Of a DNA stretch of 64,000 bases, positions 25,720-37,620 are shown in pieces (within the stretch, counting starts at the first letter, position 1; every line of letters begins with the position of its first letter). The translations under genes were made by a program, and so were the position numbers. The notes under the pieces were generated by a model that was not told the DNA's origin, ran no database searches, and saw only the letters and a list, made by a program, of their open reading frames with translations. Source of the stretch: Vicugna vicugna (lineage: Eukaryota). The DNA lies in NCBI GenBank assembly GCA_013265495.1, contig MU058423.1, positions 6,734,939 through 6,798,938 of the forward strand. The letters are read 5' to 3'.

Positions 25720-26188
25720 AAATGTTTGGGAAATTTTAATTATAGACTCACGGGAAGTTACAAAAGTAGTTAAGAGAATCTTGTGTACTTTTTGCCCAGC
25801 TTCCTCAGTGCTTATATTCCACCCAACTGCAGTATAATCTCAGAACCAGTAAATTGACATTGGTACAATACTCTTATCTAGACTACAGACTTTATTGAGA
25901 TTTTACCAGTTTTTACATATACTCATGTATGTCTGTGTGTGTGTAGTCCTATACAATTTTAATTTAATTATAGTTTCATGTAACTACAACAACAATACAG
26001 AAATTTTTCATACCACAAAGCAACTCCCTTGTTATAGCACCCACCTCCACTATCAGTCTTCTGGCAACCACTAATCTGTTTCCTTCTTGAAAAGTTTGTC
26101 ATTTTCAAGACATTACATTTTGCTATTTCAAGAATGTTATATAAATGAGATAATAGAGTATGTAAATTTTTGATATTGTTTCTGTGCA
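25720..26188 (-). mobile_element. L1MD/MC 3' end
   Basis: atagactcacgggaagttacaaaagtag...cagaaccagtaaattgacattggtacaatac...ctggcaaccactaatctgttt...tttcaagaatgttatataaatg. Confidence 0.85.
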
Positions 26189-27128
26189 TCCTTATTGCCC
26201 ATCTGTTCTTACATGCCGTCTACTTCATCCATTAGATCAATTAGCATATTAATCATAGTTGCTTGAAATTCGTGGTCTGATGATCAACACCCCTGCCATA
26301 TCTCAGTCTGATTCTGATGCTCTGTTTCTTCCAACTGTGTTTTTTGCCTTTGAGTGTGTCTTGTAATTTTTTTCTTGATAGCTGGACATGATGTGCTGGG
26401 TGAAAGGAACTGCTATAAATGGGCTTTTAGTAATTTGGTGGCAAGGTGTTGGGGGGAGGGGAAGCATTTTATAGTCCCATGATTAAGTGTCAGTCTTTTA
26501 GTGAATCTTCCTCTAGACTGTGAACTTTACAAATGCTTTTCAGTCTCCTGATCCTGGATAGGGAGTCTCAAGGATGCTAGAGTTGGATATTTATCTTCCT
26601 CCATGTGGATAACTAAAGCTGATTGGTGTGGTATGTATTCCTTCTCCCAAGTCAGTTAGGCTCTGGCTAGTTTCTCCTAAGGGCAGAACTTAAGGACAGA
26701 ATGCTCTGGCATATTTTAAAGTGGTTCCTTTTCCCCTCCCTCTTCTGGAAGCACAAGAGGATTTTTCCCCAATATTCACTATGCGAACTTGGTAGAGATC
26801 CAGGATAAAACTCACAAAGTATGGAGGATTCCTGATGCCTGGGTCCTTCTGGAGCTTTTAACTCTTGGACTGGTCCAGATTGAACTTTCAGTTGCAGTTC
26901 AGGTTTTCCTACTCATTTCCAGAGAGGCTACTGCTCCTGTAAGTTCTGATTCTCTCTGTTCACCTCTGGTTCTCTTCAATTTGCAGGGCCGCATTTGTTG
27001 TGAGATCTCACTTCTCTTATAAATCTAAGCAGATTTGTTGATTTTTCAACCTGTTCAGCTTTTAACTTGTTAGGAAAGAGCATTAACGTCTAAGTTTCTT
27101 ACATGCTGGGCTGGAAACCAGAAGTCCT
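26189..27128 (-). mobile_element. L1MD-type 5' end
   Basis: cccatctgttcttacatgccgtctacttcatccattagatcaattagcatattaatcatagttg...ttacatgctgggctggaaaccagaagtcc. Confidence 0.8.
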
Positions 27129-27734
27129 GGTAACTATCCTTTTTCATGTGTGAAAGCCTCTTGGCAGTTAAGAATCTAGCAGCATTAAAATGGTGGTATC
27201 CATGATGATACTATTATGAAGGCAAAATTTTATTTCTTGAGGAAAAAATATTGATGAAGAATAATAATTGTGAAGAAAAGTAGAATGCAAACAAAACAAA
27301 GTAATTCTATTGCAGTTTTAGGGATCATTCACATTTGATTTGTAATTTTACTTTTCTTGGTAGCCTAACATGTATTTTATTTTTAAAATGTAAATATGCT
27401 CCCAAACAATGCTATTGAAAAGAGGACTTTGCATTTCTCTTCTGTTCTTCCATATATTTTGTAGGACGCAATATTTAAATCTTAAATGGCTAGTCCATTC
27501 TTTTACACTTCCTCTGTGTTAGCATCTTTTGTAACTCAGAGATATCTAAGGATGAACTTTCTCAACAGGAGAAGGTTAAAATATGTGAATCACTACAAGT
27601 TTTTTTTTTTAGTGATAAAATGGAACCTAGAGAATTGAAATTTTATCCAGTGAAGATGAATTCATATTAAATTAAATAATGTAGAACACTCCAGCAATAG
27701 TTCTAAAATTTAATATTTTCATCCAAATTTGATG

Positions 27735-27778
27735 AAAGAAATGATATACTATTTCAAAAGAAATGATATACTATTTCA
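27735..27778. repeat. Perfect 22-bp tandem duplication
   Basis: aaagaaatgatatactatttca x2. Confidence 0.95.
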
Positions 27779-29469
27779 TCAAAATATCAGCATTATTAAG
27801 TGCAGTTTTGCAGTTTAAGATAAGTTTACGAAGTTAGAAATACTAGTATTATTTTATATAAAGCAGGAGAAAATTGATGCATATTTATCTTTGTTATATT
27901 TGGTGTTTAAAGGCTTACTAAAAATTAGGCCACATTAGAGATATACCTGTAATTAGATGTCTAAAAATTACAGTATTGAAAAGGAGTATAATATTTTAAT
28001 TAAAGTAGAATTAAGCCCTTTTATATTAGTGAATATTACAGATTCAAGAAAATAATAGTTTTGAGTTTACTGCAAATAGTATGTCTGATATATTGAGTAG
28101 TACTTACTTATTATAAGTAATTTTCTAGATCTCTATAAGCTGCATTGAGTTCAAGAAGTACTAAATTGTATTACTCTTAATTTTAAAATAAATTGAGGTT
28201 TAGAAGGCCCCTAAATTGTCAAATAATAAAGTTTCTGTATTGTGTATGTAGAAAGGCTATAAAGTATTTAAAGCTGTATATTTTTTCAGAATTGGTATAT
28301 ATGTTATTTACAAAATATGCTTAAAGCTACTTCTCGAATGTCCCTGTTGATTAGAATAAGCAAATGATATGTATAAATGAACACCTCTGCTGATTCCGTG
28401 ATTTTTCATCTTCTTTCTGAAAAACTTCTAGCAAATATTACAAAATGATTTTACATATTATTTCTTTGTGCTTTTATGTTGAGAACATAAGGAAAAAATA
28501 AAATTAGCTTGGTCCACCACAACTATCATCCTTGTAAGCAAATGGGAAAAAGAGCACAAAACCTGAGAAGGCATGGTTCAGAGAAGGAGAAGGTTAGGAA
28601 AAGGAGAAAACCATAAAAGCATTGCTCTGGAGACTTGTCTGTAACAGCCTGCCTCAGCAGTTCTGATCCTCAGACACTTAACTGCTTCTCTTCATCTGTA
28701 AGGAGAACTGCCTTTCTTCTCTCTTGTAGCTTATATTTAAGTCTTACCCTTCCAGAAGTGCAAGGGAGCATTGACCCTGATTGTTCCCTAATAACTAAGA
28801 AATGTCCACACTTCTCAAGCAAAGACTGATAAACACTTTGTTTTCATGTCTGGTTACCTCCTTGACTGGAATGAAGTCAGCACTGGTAAAACTGCTTTTT
28901 CCCCAGCTGCTGTTCAGTGCAGGTGGTAAAGTAATCGATGTTACTGATGATGACTGACTGACTGCTCTCTGGTGTATCTGAGGGATACCCAATACTACCT
29001 ATTTTTATGTACAGAGGAGATATTCAAGCCCACAGCTCAACTTGGTCTAATGTCTGTGACCTAGAATATTTTCAATAGACCCTATTCGGGTAGTAGGGAG
29101 AGGGAAAAATGACTGATTTACTCTCTGGCTATTTGTTACTCACCTGTGCATGTAATATTGAAGATTTTATTCAATAGGTTATGATAATTTACGGCAAACT
29201 AGTAGCAGGAGCAGTCTCTGATTTTTAAATACAAGCTCTCTAAAACTTTTGGTTACTGATCTTATCTTTCTTTCCTTTTCTATTGTTCTTTTATTGACTT
29301 AGAAGTAAACAGAGAATAAGGGTGCCCCAACAGTATGCTTTTAACAGAGTAAAATTAATTCCGGGTAGTCTCATTCTAAGTCACTGTAGAATACAATTTT
29401 AATAGACTCTATACGGAAAAAATATTGACAAAGACTCCATAAATAGATGCATTTTTATTTCTAATCGTT

Positions 29470-29885
29470 TACTCCTAAACCCTGAAAGAGAGAGAGAGTG
29501 AGTATGTTATTGTTCATTGCCATGTGATCTGCAACATCTGTCCCTGAAACAAGGTTGTACTCCTGCATCATGCCCCATTTACAGTGTGGCTTGATCACAT
29601 GAGTAGTTCTGAAGAGTGGTATATGACTGGAATCCATGTGTGACAACTGTTGACCGGAAGTTGTAAGAATTTTGTGTGGTTCCAACATTGCTCTTCCTCC
29701 TCTGTCATAGAAACAAGATGGGGCTATTCTTTCAGCTTGGGTTCTGCAGTGAAGACAATTTGAAGCATAGCACAGATGAACTCTGAAGGACAAGTAACAT
29801 GAGCAAGAAATCAACCTGCATTTGGGCCACGAAGATTTGGGGGCTATTACTGCATAATAACTTCACAAAAGTTGTTAGCAAAGTT
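29470..29885 (+). mobile_element. MaLR LTR (old MLT1)
   Basis: gtgtggcttgatcacatgag...ttcagcttgggttctgcagtgaagaca...aacatgagcaagaaatcaacct...gccacgaagatttgggggctattactgcata. Confidence 0.78.
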
Positions 29886-31087
29886 AATATAAACTCAAAA
29901 TGGACTAAAGCACTGTTATGAACAATTGGGCCTTTCAAGAGATATTCAAACTCTAAGGTAAACTTTTTCTTTTCTTCTTTCTTTTCTTTCTTCATTCATG
30001 CTTTGTGTGTATTTGTGCACATCCACACATAAAAATTTGGTCATCCATAGTAAAAGCAAATATGTTTCTAATAATTTTAGAACTGATCATTTAAAACATT
30101 GCACACTCTTACGCTGAAACAAAAACTTGGAAAAACCACTGCAGTTAACCTCGAAAAATGAAAGAAACCAACTGAAAAAGTGTAGATGGCATCAATTAGA
30201 TCATTGAAATTACTATGGCAAGCAAAAGAAAAATTTTAATTTCCTTAGTTTGCTAAGTGTTCAGCTTTATTTTACTCTCTCTTTCTCTCTCCCCTGGTCA
30301 GTAAAAAATGAGAGAAACTTTATGAAATCATTATATTTCCTTCTTAGCACTAATATACACATGGGAACAAGAATAGTAATGCAACTGATCAAAACTAAAA
30401 CAAACCATACTCTCTGTTCCACGTATTAGAAGAAAATTGATCATTATTCCTGAAATTGACTAACTGGTATCTTCTCTATTATGTTCGTTACCAGTGATAG
30501 TTCATCCTAGTCAAAGAAGGTTGAAACTTCTTTGCTTAGCTGGTTCCATGTTTTTTTAATCAATTCTTTCGGTTGCTTAGGATGAGTGTGCATTTCCTGG
30601 GCGTGCTGAGAACACAGGACTGATTGCCTGCCTATTTGCTGTTGTGGTTGTCCTAGTCTAGAGTAGGTCCACTTTTGAAGTCTGCCAAATACAAACTTGA
30701 TTAAATCTCAAATGCTAGGCTTCTTCAAAAAAATATTAATAGTGTTTTCTTTCTGGAGTCATATAAAGCAAAAATTTTTAATTCTCTTGGTATTAATTTG
30801 TATGTTCTAACATTGTTTTTAATCTTATATATATTCAATGGGTCATGCAGTTTTAGAAACTAAGGTCATAAATAATAATATCTAATCTCATATTTATTCT
30901 AGTGAATCAAAAGGAAAGTAAAATGTTTATAGAGTTTTTGTCGTGTTTTTCTATGCCACCTAATTACACTTTCCCTAGTATTCAAAAGATGGTAGTCCTA
31001 AGTGCTTAAAATAAGTTTGTAACAGGAACTTCCTCTCTCCCTATCTCTTTTTTTCTCTCTCCCTCTCTTTCTCACACTCTCTGTCAT

Positions 31088-31089
<2 letters not shown>

Positions 31090-31135
<46 letters not shown>
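31090..31135. repeat. (TC)n(CA)n compound microsatellite
   Basis: Seen directly. Confidence 0.9.
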
Positions 31136-32265
31136 CCTGGTATCTTAGGTTTCTTTGCTGCTATGGAAACTTAAGAGGAAAAAAAATAAAGCATCCTCTT
31201 TCTCCATGTCCACCCCATTCCCTAAAAGTCAGAAATCCTCATTATATTTTTAAACGTCTGAGTTTCCACAAGCAACACATTCAAGAGGGAAATGAACAAT
31301 ATTTTTTTTAGACTGAAATATCCTAGAGAAGTAGGCAATGTAAATGGTTGTCAGTGAGAGTGAGAGATGTGGCTAGTCCAAAATTATGAAGTTACATGAG
31401 GTTTGCAAAAGGGGCTTTGCGTTTCTGCTTGCTGTGAAAACCTGTGTACGGATGGCATCTATTACCCCACACTGGGAATGGGATTGAAGATTGCTATGTG
31501 CTGCCACATGGGGGCCCATGGAGAGGACTGAGGAGACAGGAATGGCTGAGTTTGGTTAAACTCAGAGAGAACCAGTGCCTGAAGGGCAGTCAACCTCATG
31601 CTCAATTGCAGCAATGTGATGCTAAAGGACTGACGGTAAGGTAGAGATAGTGATGGACTGTTTTTCAGCCATCATATAAATTCAGGATTTTTTTTTAATA
31701 TTTCATGAGGAAAAATCCAATATTAGCTGAATTGAATTTACTGCCAGCAAGTTATGTAGAGCTGTGGAGGATATTTGATTTAGATGAATCAACATGAAAT
31801 TTCTTAGATTTGAGTATCATGGGGTAAAATTAATGCCAGTTATATATGGGAACAAACGGGATTATTAAAAAGTTTTGTGCAACATATATTTATGAGGAAG
31901 ACTAATTATAACATTTAGAATTGGGTCAGCTAATTTTGAGATACTAGGTATTGCCATGTTGGAGAGCTGATGGATAGTGGGCACTCTCATAAAGCCCTGT
32001 GGATTGTGTGATAAGATTAAATGTGAAGGGAGTTTACAGAATATTTTAAGAACTGTGAACACATATGTAGTGATTGGCAGAATGGTCAGTAAGGGAGGGT
32101 AAATTAACCTTTCCAAATTAATTTCTTTGTGATTTTCAAGAGACTACAGAGAAATAGTAGGCATAAGAGAGGATATTTAAGTCCTCTATCTCAGACTCTA
32201 AATGATCAAAAATAACCATTTCCGTCTAAGAACACACACTAGCCAATGTCTTCAGTGACCTTGAA

Positions 32266-32521
32266 AACTGTTTTTCAAATTGCCCTTTGTAGCCCATTAG
32301 TGAATTATGAAATCAATTTGAAGGATCACAATCATTGTTTAAAACATCAAATGAAGTAAAATAGAATAAAATGCAAATATCTGATTATATCACATATGGT
32401 ATTGTTTTGTTTTTATTATATTTATTTTATATACTATAAATACGTATAACTTTATGTAATGGATCACAATGAAAACAGTATTTCTGACTAAAGTTTAGAT
32501 CAAATGAGTAGGAGACCTCTG
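32266..32521 (+). mobile_element. MER112-like hAT-Charlie element
   Basis: tttttcaaattg...cccattagtgaattatgaaatcaattt...tagaataaaatgcaaatatctga...gtatttctgact. Confidence 0.7.
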
Positions 32522-32639
32522 TTATATTTTATGGAAACTTCCATATTCTCTAAAGTTGAATATCATTTACACATGGTCTGAAATGTTATGACTAGAAGTA
32601 GGGAAGACTGCTTTTCCACTGAAGAAAATGACAAACTCT

Positions 32640-33935
32640 CTTAAACTGAGGATTTTTGAAGAGGATGAAAAAAAACTGGGTTGATTGAGAAGACATTGGA
32701 AAGAATTCACTGCCAGAGGAGTGGAAATTATCTGAGGTCATGAAACACTAACAGTGATGAAATGGGATGAGAGTCTCAGAGTCTGAGGCTATTGATTCTC
32801 AAAAGTGTCCAGTGCTGTGGCTGACTTTCTGAGTAGCTTAGAGCAAGCTTCTGATCAGGTCAGCTTTTTGAATGCCAGCTAGAGGGCTAGTTAGTTAAAA
32901 GGTTTCTGAATGTTGATTCTGAGGCTAGACAGTCTGGAGACTTGGCCTTGGTTAGAGGAGGCATAGACCCAGGGAATGTGGCTCAGGCCCAGCGTGAACA
33001 GCCACAGGGAGGGCCTGCTCTGAGTAAACTCTCCACTGTGAGCTCCACCTGGTAGAAACTGAACTCCTCCCTCCAACCATTTTCAACTTTAAAAGCTCAT
33101 TAAAGAAGGGAAGGAAGGGGAAGTGAGCTGCGGTTCACTCCAGGAGAGAGGGAAGTCATGCATAAGAAATGATTTTAGTGACCCAACTTTGTACTCTACC
33201 ACCTAGGACAGATGGGGACTTAACATCACAACTGAAGACTTGATTGTTTCATCTTTCTTTAAGCCACCTATGGGTGTGCTTCCATAGGCTCCTTGAGATC
33301 CCAGTACTTGGGTGTCTGGACATCCCTTTGTTCACCATTTTGAAGTGGCCTGGGCTGTAACACATAATTGAAGAGTACCATGAATCTGCGTCAAGACTCT
33401 ACTGTGCAACCACAGACAAGAGAAACATTTCAGTTAGTGGCCTAAGATTTCAAGGAAACATTAACAGGCATTTACTTCACTTTGCTGGTAGTGAAGATGG
33501 ACATTTCAGTAGCAGTAGAGAAAACTTCTAGGGCTTAACAGCAGTAGGAAAAACTTCTAGGGCTGAGCTTGAGATGAGTGGAAAGGTGTTTAAGAGCCAC
33601 CTCTAAGTCAGACTGAAGCCTCAGGACCCTCCAGATAGATGGTAGTTTTCAGAGTTCTAAACTAGCACCAACATGGCCAAAAGGGCAATAGTAAAGGTGG
33701 TAACGGTCATGGAGTATGGACTGGGCACTTTTCCTGGTTTTCTATCACCAGAGAAGCCTAGAAATTTTGTATGATTCCATTGAGCTATTGTGGTGAGGAA
33801 ACCCCAAAATCACTTACATTGAATTTCTTCCCAGCTAGATAGGTGGAAGCACAAAGCAGATTAGATTTGATTTAAAACAATCATAGAATAAGGAAGTTTC
33901 TAAGCCCTAGTCTTGTGGTGTCATATCCCATACAC
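32640..33935 (+). mobile_element. Probable ancient LTR (family uncertain)
   Basis: Block of raised GC ending cagattagatttgatttaaaacaatcatagaataag...gtcatatcccataca, LTR78-like 3' end. Confidence 0.35.
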
Positions 33936-34049
33936 ACACACACAAATACGTATACAAGAAAAAGATACGTTTAAAATAAAAATTTTTGAATGCCCTTAGT
34001 TCTGACGTCAAGTATGTTCATACACATTAGGTTCAGTGTAAACTCTACA

Positions 34050-34270
34050 CTGAAAACTGTGAGTTCTTGAGTCAGAGAGCTAGGGCTTTAATCTCAGGGC
34101 TACTTATTAACTAAGTGATCTTGGACAACTTGCTTACCTTTCTCACACTTAAACGTTTCAGTTTCTCACACTTAAAATGGGAATGTCATTGCCAGTCTAA
34201 CTGTGTTGTTGATTGCTAAATTTCTTAACAAGTTCTTTGGAATATAGCACTTAATAAATGTTAGGTCTTT
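34050..34270 (+). mobile_element. MIR SINE
   Basis: ttgagtcagagagctagggctttaatctcagggctacttattaactaagtgatcttggacaacttgctta...gcacttaataaatgttag. Confidence 0.82.
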
Positions 34271-34674
34271 AAAATTTTCTAGTTGTTAAAACTAGAGCTA
34301 TTTTCTTATTGATGGTATGCATTTGACTTTTTAAAATTTACTTTTGTAAGTATTTTTAATTGCTTTTATGTGATTTTCTCTCCAAATTGTATTTTGCTCC
34401 TGACACTTCTTAAATTAGTTTTCAACCCATACACCTGTAGACTTATTTCTTTCACCCATTCCCAACCCTGCAAATTCTATGTCCCAAACCTGACCCAGGG
34501 CATATCTAGTAGTTTCTCTTCTTCTGATCCCAATTTTCTGTTTCTTTTAAGCATTGAAATTTTGGGACACAATCTTACTTCTTGCCTCATGATTTGGACT
34601 GAGAATCAAGTTTATACCTTATCTACCACTATATACCCCAACTCATTCTTGACACTGAATCCAGGCTGCCTAAT

Positions 34675-34795
34675 TTATGCATTCAGTAAACAAATAATAA
34701 ATTGCTTGTCTTCTCTATGCCAGGCTCGGTGACAATCAGCAGGGAGAAAGAAGAATCCCTGATTTCCGCTGACCCATCTATAAATCTTACATTTA
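34675..34795 (-). mobile_element. L2 3' end
   Basis: attcagtaaacaaataataaattgcttgtcttctctatgccaggc. Confidence 0.5.
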
Positions 34796-34929
34796 CATGG
34801 TATGGTTCTGTTGGCCAAAAATGTTCCCCTTTTACCTGAACCAGTTTGACTTGTGTTTCTTTCACTTGTAACCCTAAATGTTCTGACTAAAATGGACCAA
34901 TTTCATCATATACTAAATCCCCACATGCA

Positions 34930-35920
34930 CTAGAGTCCTGTCCTCTACCGATACATTCTACTTACTCCATAGATTTATCTATCCACACCTATGTTCAAAC
35001 TACATTGTTGTAATTACTATAGTTTCATAATATATTTTAATATGTTACTGAAAGTTTTACCTCATTACACATTCAAATTGAATTTTTTGGATGTTTTATG
35101 TGTTGATTTTTCCAAATGAACTTTAAATTTATTTTAAGTTTTAAAACTAAAGCATAAAAAAGAATAAGAACTGTGAAATATATATGTTGGATTTTTTTGA
35201 GATTATATTAATTTTTATGTTAATTTTTAAAGTTAATCTTTGCAATATTGAATTTGACAATACAAGAGAAAGGTATTTCTTTTCATTTATTCAAGTCTTT
35301 ATAATAAGTGAATTTTAATATTTCTTCCATACAGTTATATTGATTTCTAAATTAGTTTATAATTAAATATTAATATTACTGTCTTCTCTTGTACATAACA
35401 TGTTTTCTTGTGTTATACTTCCTAACTGGTTATTATTTGTCTAAATAAAGTTTTTTGATTTTTGTGATATTCCGTATTAAAGAATTCTCACTTAAGTTTT
35501 GGTTGTTTTCAGTTTCTTTGTTTAAAGACTGTCACTGCAAGAAATAAAAACTTTATTTTACATTGATTGCATCTTTAAAATGATTTAAAACAATAATGGT
35601 GATGATTGTATTACTCTTTTTACTTCAATATAAATGCTTGTAATATACCATTAAGTATAATGTTTCTGCTTTAAAAAAATATATGGATGTACAATTTTTA
35701 AATGCATTTTTGTATTATTTTATTTGACCTCCTACTACATGAATGGTAATTAATAGTTTTTTATATATTTCCTTTAAATTCTTTTAATCTTTATTTATGA
35801 TTTTTGCATTAAAGATAATGAGGAAGAACAGTTTCATGCTGAATAATAAATAATTTGGAAAATATTTTTCTTTCTCTATGATATAGAATAACTTAATTGC
35901 AGAAATTAACTTTCTTAAAA
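34930..35920 (-). mobile_element. Old L1ME ORF2 fragment
   Basis: ttgtaattactatagtttcataatatattttaata...ttccaaatgaactttaaa...atctttgcaatattgaattt...ttcatttattcaagtctt...aacaataatggtgatgattg. Confidence 0.75.
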
Positions 35921-35957
35921 TAAACACAGTTAATAAAATTAACTTTCTTAAAATAAA

Positions 35958-36038
35958 ATGAGTGAAACATTATGCTGTACACCAGAAATTGACATAATAT
36001 TGTAAACTGACTATACTTCAATAAAAAAAAAAAAAAAA
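35958..36038 (+). mobile_element. Extremely 5'-truncated L1 tail, copy 1, with A16
   Basis: tgaaacattatgctgtacaccagaaattgacataatattgtaaactgactatacttcaat + A16; homologous to the L1 termini near 1400-1450 and 19230-19285. Confidence 0.9.
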
Positions 36039-36162
36039 CTTTCTAACACTGCCTCCTTCCGGGCTTCTCATCGCAAACTGATGCTCGTTTGTTGAGCATC
36101 TCAGGGATTCTTCAGAGTCTGTGCTGCACCCCGTTGCCTTTGGTTGGTGTGAGGCTCCTCTA

Positions 36163-36249
36163 TGAAACATTATGCTGTACACCAGAAATTGACATAATAT
36201 TGTAAACTGACTATACTACATTAAAAATAAATTAATTAAAAAAATTAAA
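36163..36249 (+). mobile_element. Extremely 5'-truncated L1 tail, copy 2, with degenerate A tail
   Basis: First 55 nt (36163-36217) identical to 35963-36017. Confidence 0.9.
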
Positions 36250-37214
36250 CATACTTCATGAAGATAGTAGCATAGAGCTTTTCCTCCATTATTTTGGAAA
36301 GAAAGTGTTATTCTATATAACATAAACCCTAAGATTCAAATAAATTTCCCAAAATATAACTAAAACATGAAACTATATAAGAGTAACAAACTATTTGTTA
36401 GGATTTAATATGTCTAAAACACTGATATATGATCTCCAAGCATTTGTATGGGTTGTTAATAATTAGTTGCTTTTTATGCAGAGATATCTTTTCTTCCATT
36501 TTAATCACTTTTCTCACTTAAATGGCTAAATTCTGTATGATTTTCATCATCATTTTCTCAAAAAATTGTGTACTAATTGTACAGTATTAGACAAAGACAT
36601 GGTCATGTTTAAAGCATGGTGGTGGACAAGACACAATGGCAGAGAGAGGGTAGCACTGTGTCGCTGCTCTCAGCACTACCCATATCGATGTATGATTCTT
36701 ACAGTCTGCCAATTGTATCTGCATTGCAACTTGAGTCTTTTCCTTCCTATGCATCATTTTAATAAAATTGCTTCGTATAGTTTTGAGGATGAAATACAAA
36801 TGTTTGCCATATAATCACTGACCAGAATCTTTCTATTGAGAGATAAGTACATTCTCTGAAATTTGGATTACAAAACCAAGAGGTTTTATACTGGGAAAAT
36901 ATTAAATAGAAAGTTTTTGGAATATTTATTGTTTACTTATGTGTTTACTTATTGATTGATTGTGTATTACCTTTCCTAAAGAATTCTTATGTCCACTGTT
37001 TTCTATGTTACAGCCGATGAATTTAGAATGTTTGTTATTGATAATATTAAGACGTTTTATACTATTTCATGTACTGACAAACATAAGATCCTTAACAACC
37101 ATACATTAATTATAGAATCTTTAATAACTAACAAATTTCAACTTCATATTTAAATGTTATTAAAAATAATTAAATGTTGGGAGTAAAAAGCCAATGATAG
37201 GATACAGTCTTTAC

Positions 37215-37620
37215 CTTGGAGGTGGTTTTAGTCAAAAGTAACAGAAACCAAGAACAAAGTGGAATTTATTGGTATAGTTTGTTAACTCATGGAGTCTAAA
37301 GCCTTAGGAAGTGTTGATACCATGATGGTTCCAGAAACCTTAGCAGCAGAGATGCTGAAACTTCTTTTTGGAACCGAAATGTTAACATGACCCATCTCAA
37401 CAATTTCTCCATCTATCTTTCAGTTCGGAGTTCTCATTTCCTAGAATTTGGACTAACAGTCTCAGTTTCTGCTATTGCTTTGATATCTGATGGCCACTGT
37501 GAGTTGGTTATCTGATAGAAGTGTCACCGTCCTGGGCCTATTCCTGTTGAATGACAATAACCATAGTGAAGGGGAGTTTTAGCTGCATTGATATTCTCCA
37601 AAGCTATCATGTTACAATTC
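37215..37620 (-). mobile_element. Very old MLT1-like LTR (tentative)
   Basis: ggttttagtcaaaagtaacagaaacca...ggaatttattgg resembles the antisense terminus of old MLT1 elements. Confidence 0.4.

Noticed and set aside
30512..30534. 8-bp hairpin caaagaag/cttctttg
   Set aside because: Short enough to be expected by chance in 64 kb.
35963..36217. Repeat-spacer-repeat layout superficially like CRISPR
   Set aside because: Mammalian DNA, only two units, and the repeat is an L1 3' terminus.
36669..36689. tcagcac resembling a REST/RE1 left half-site
   Set aside because: The GGACAG right half is absent.
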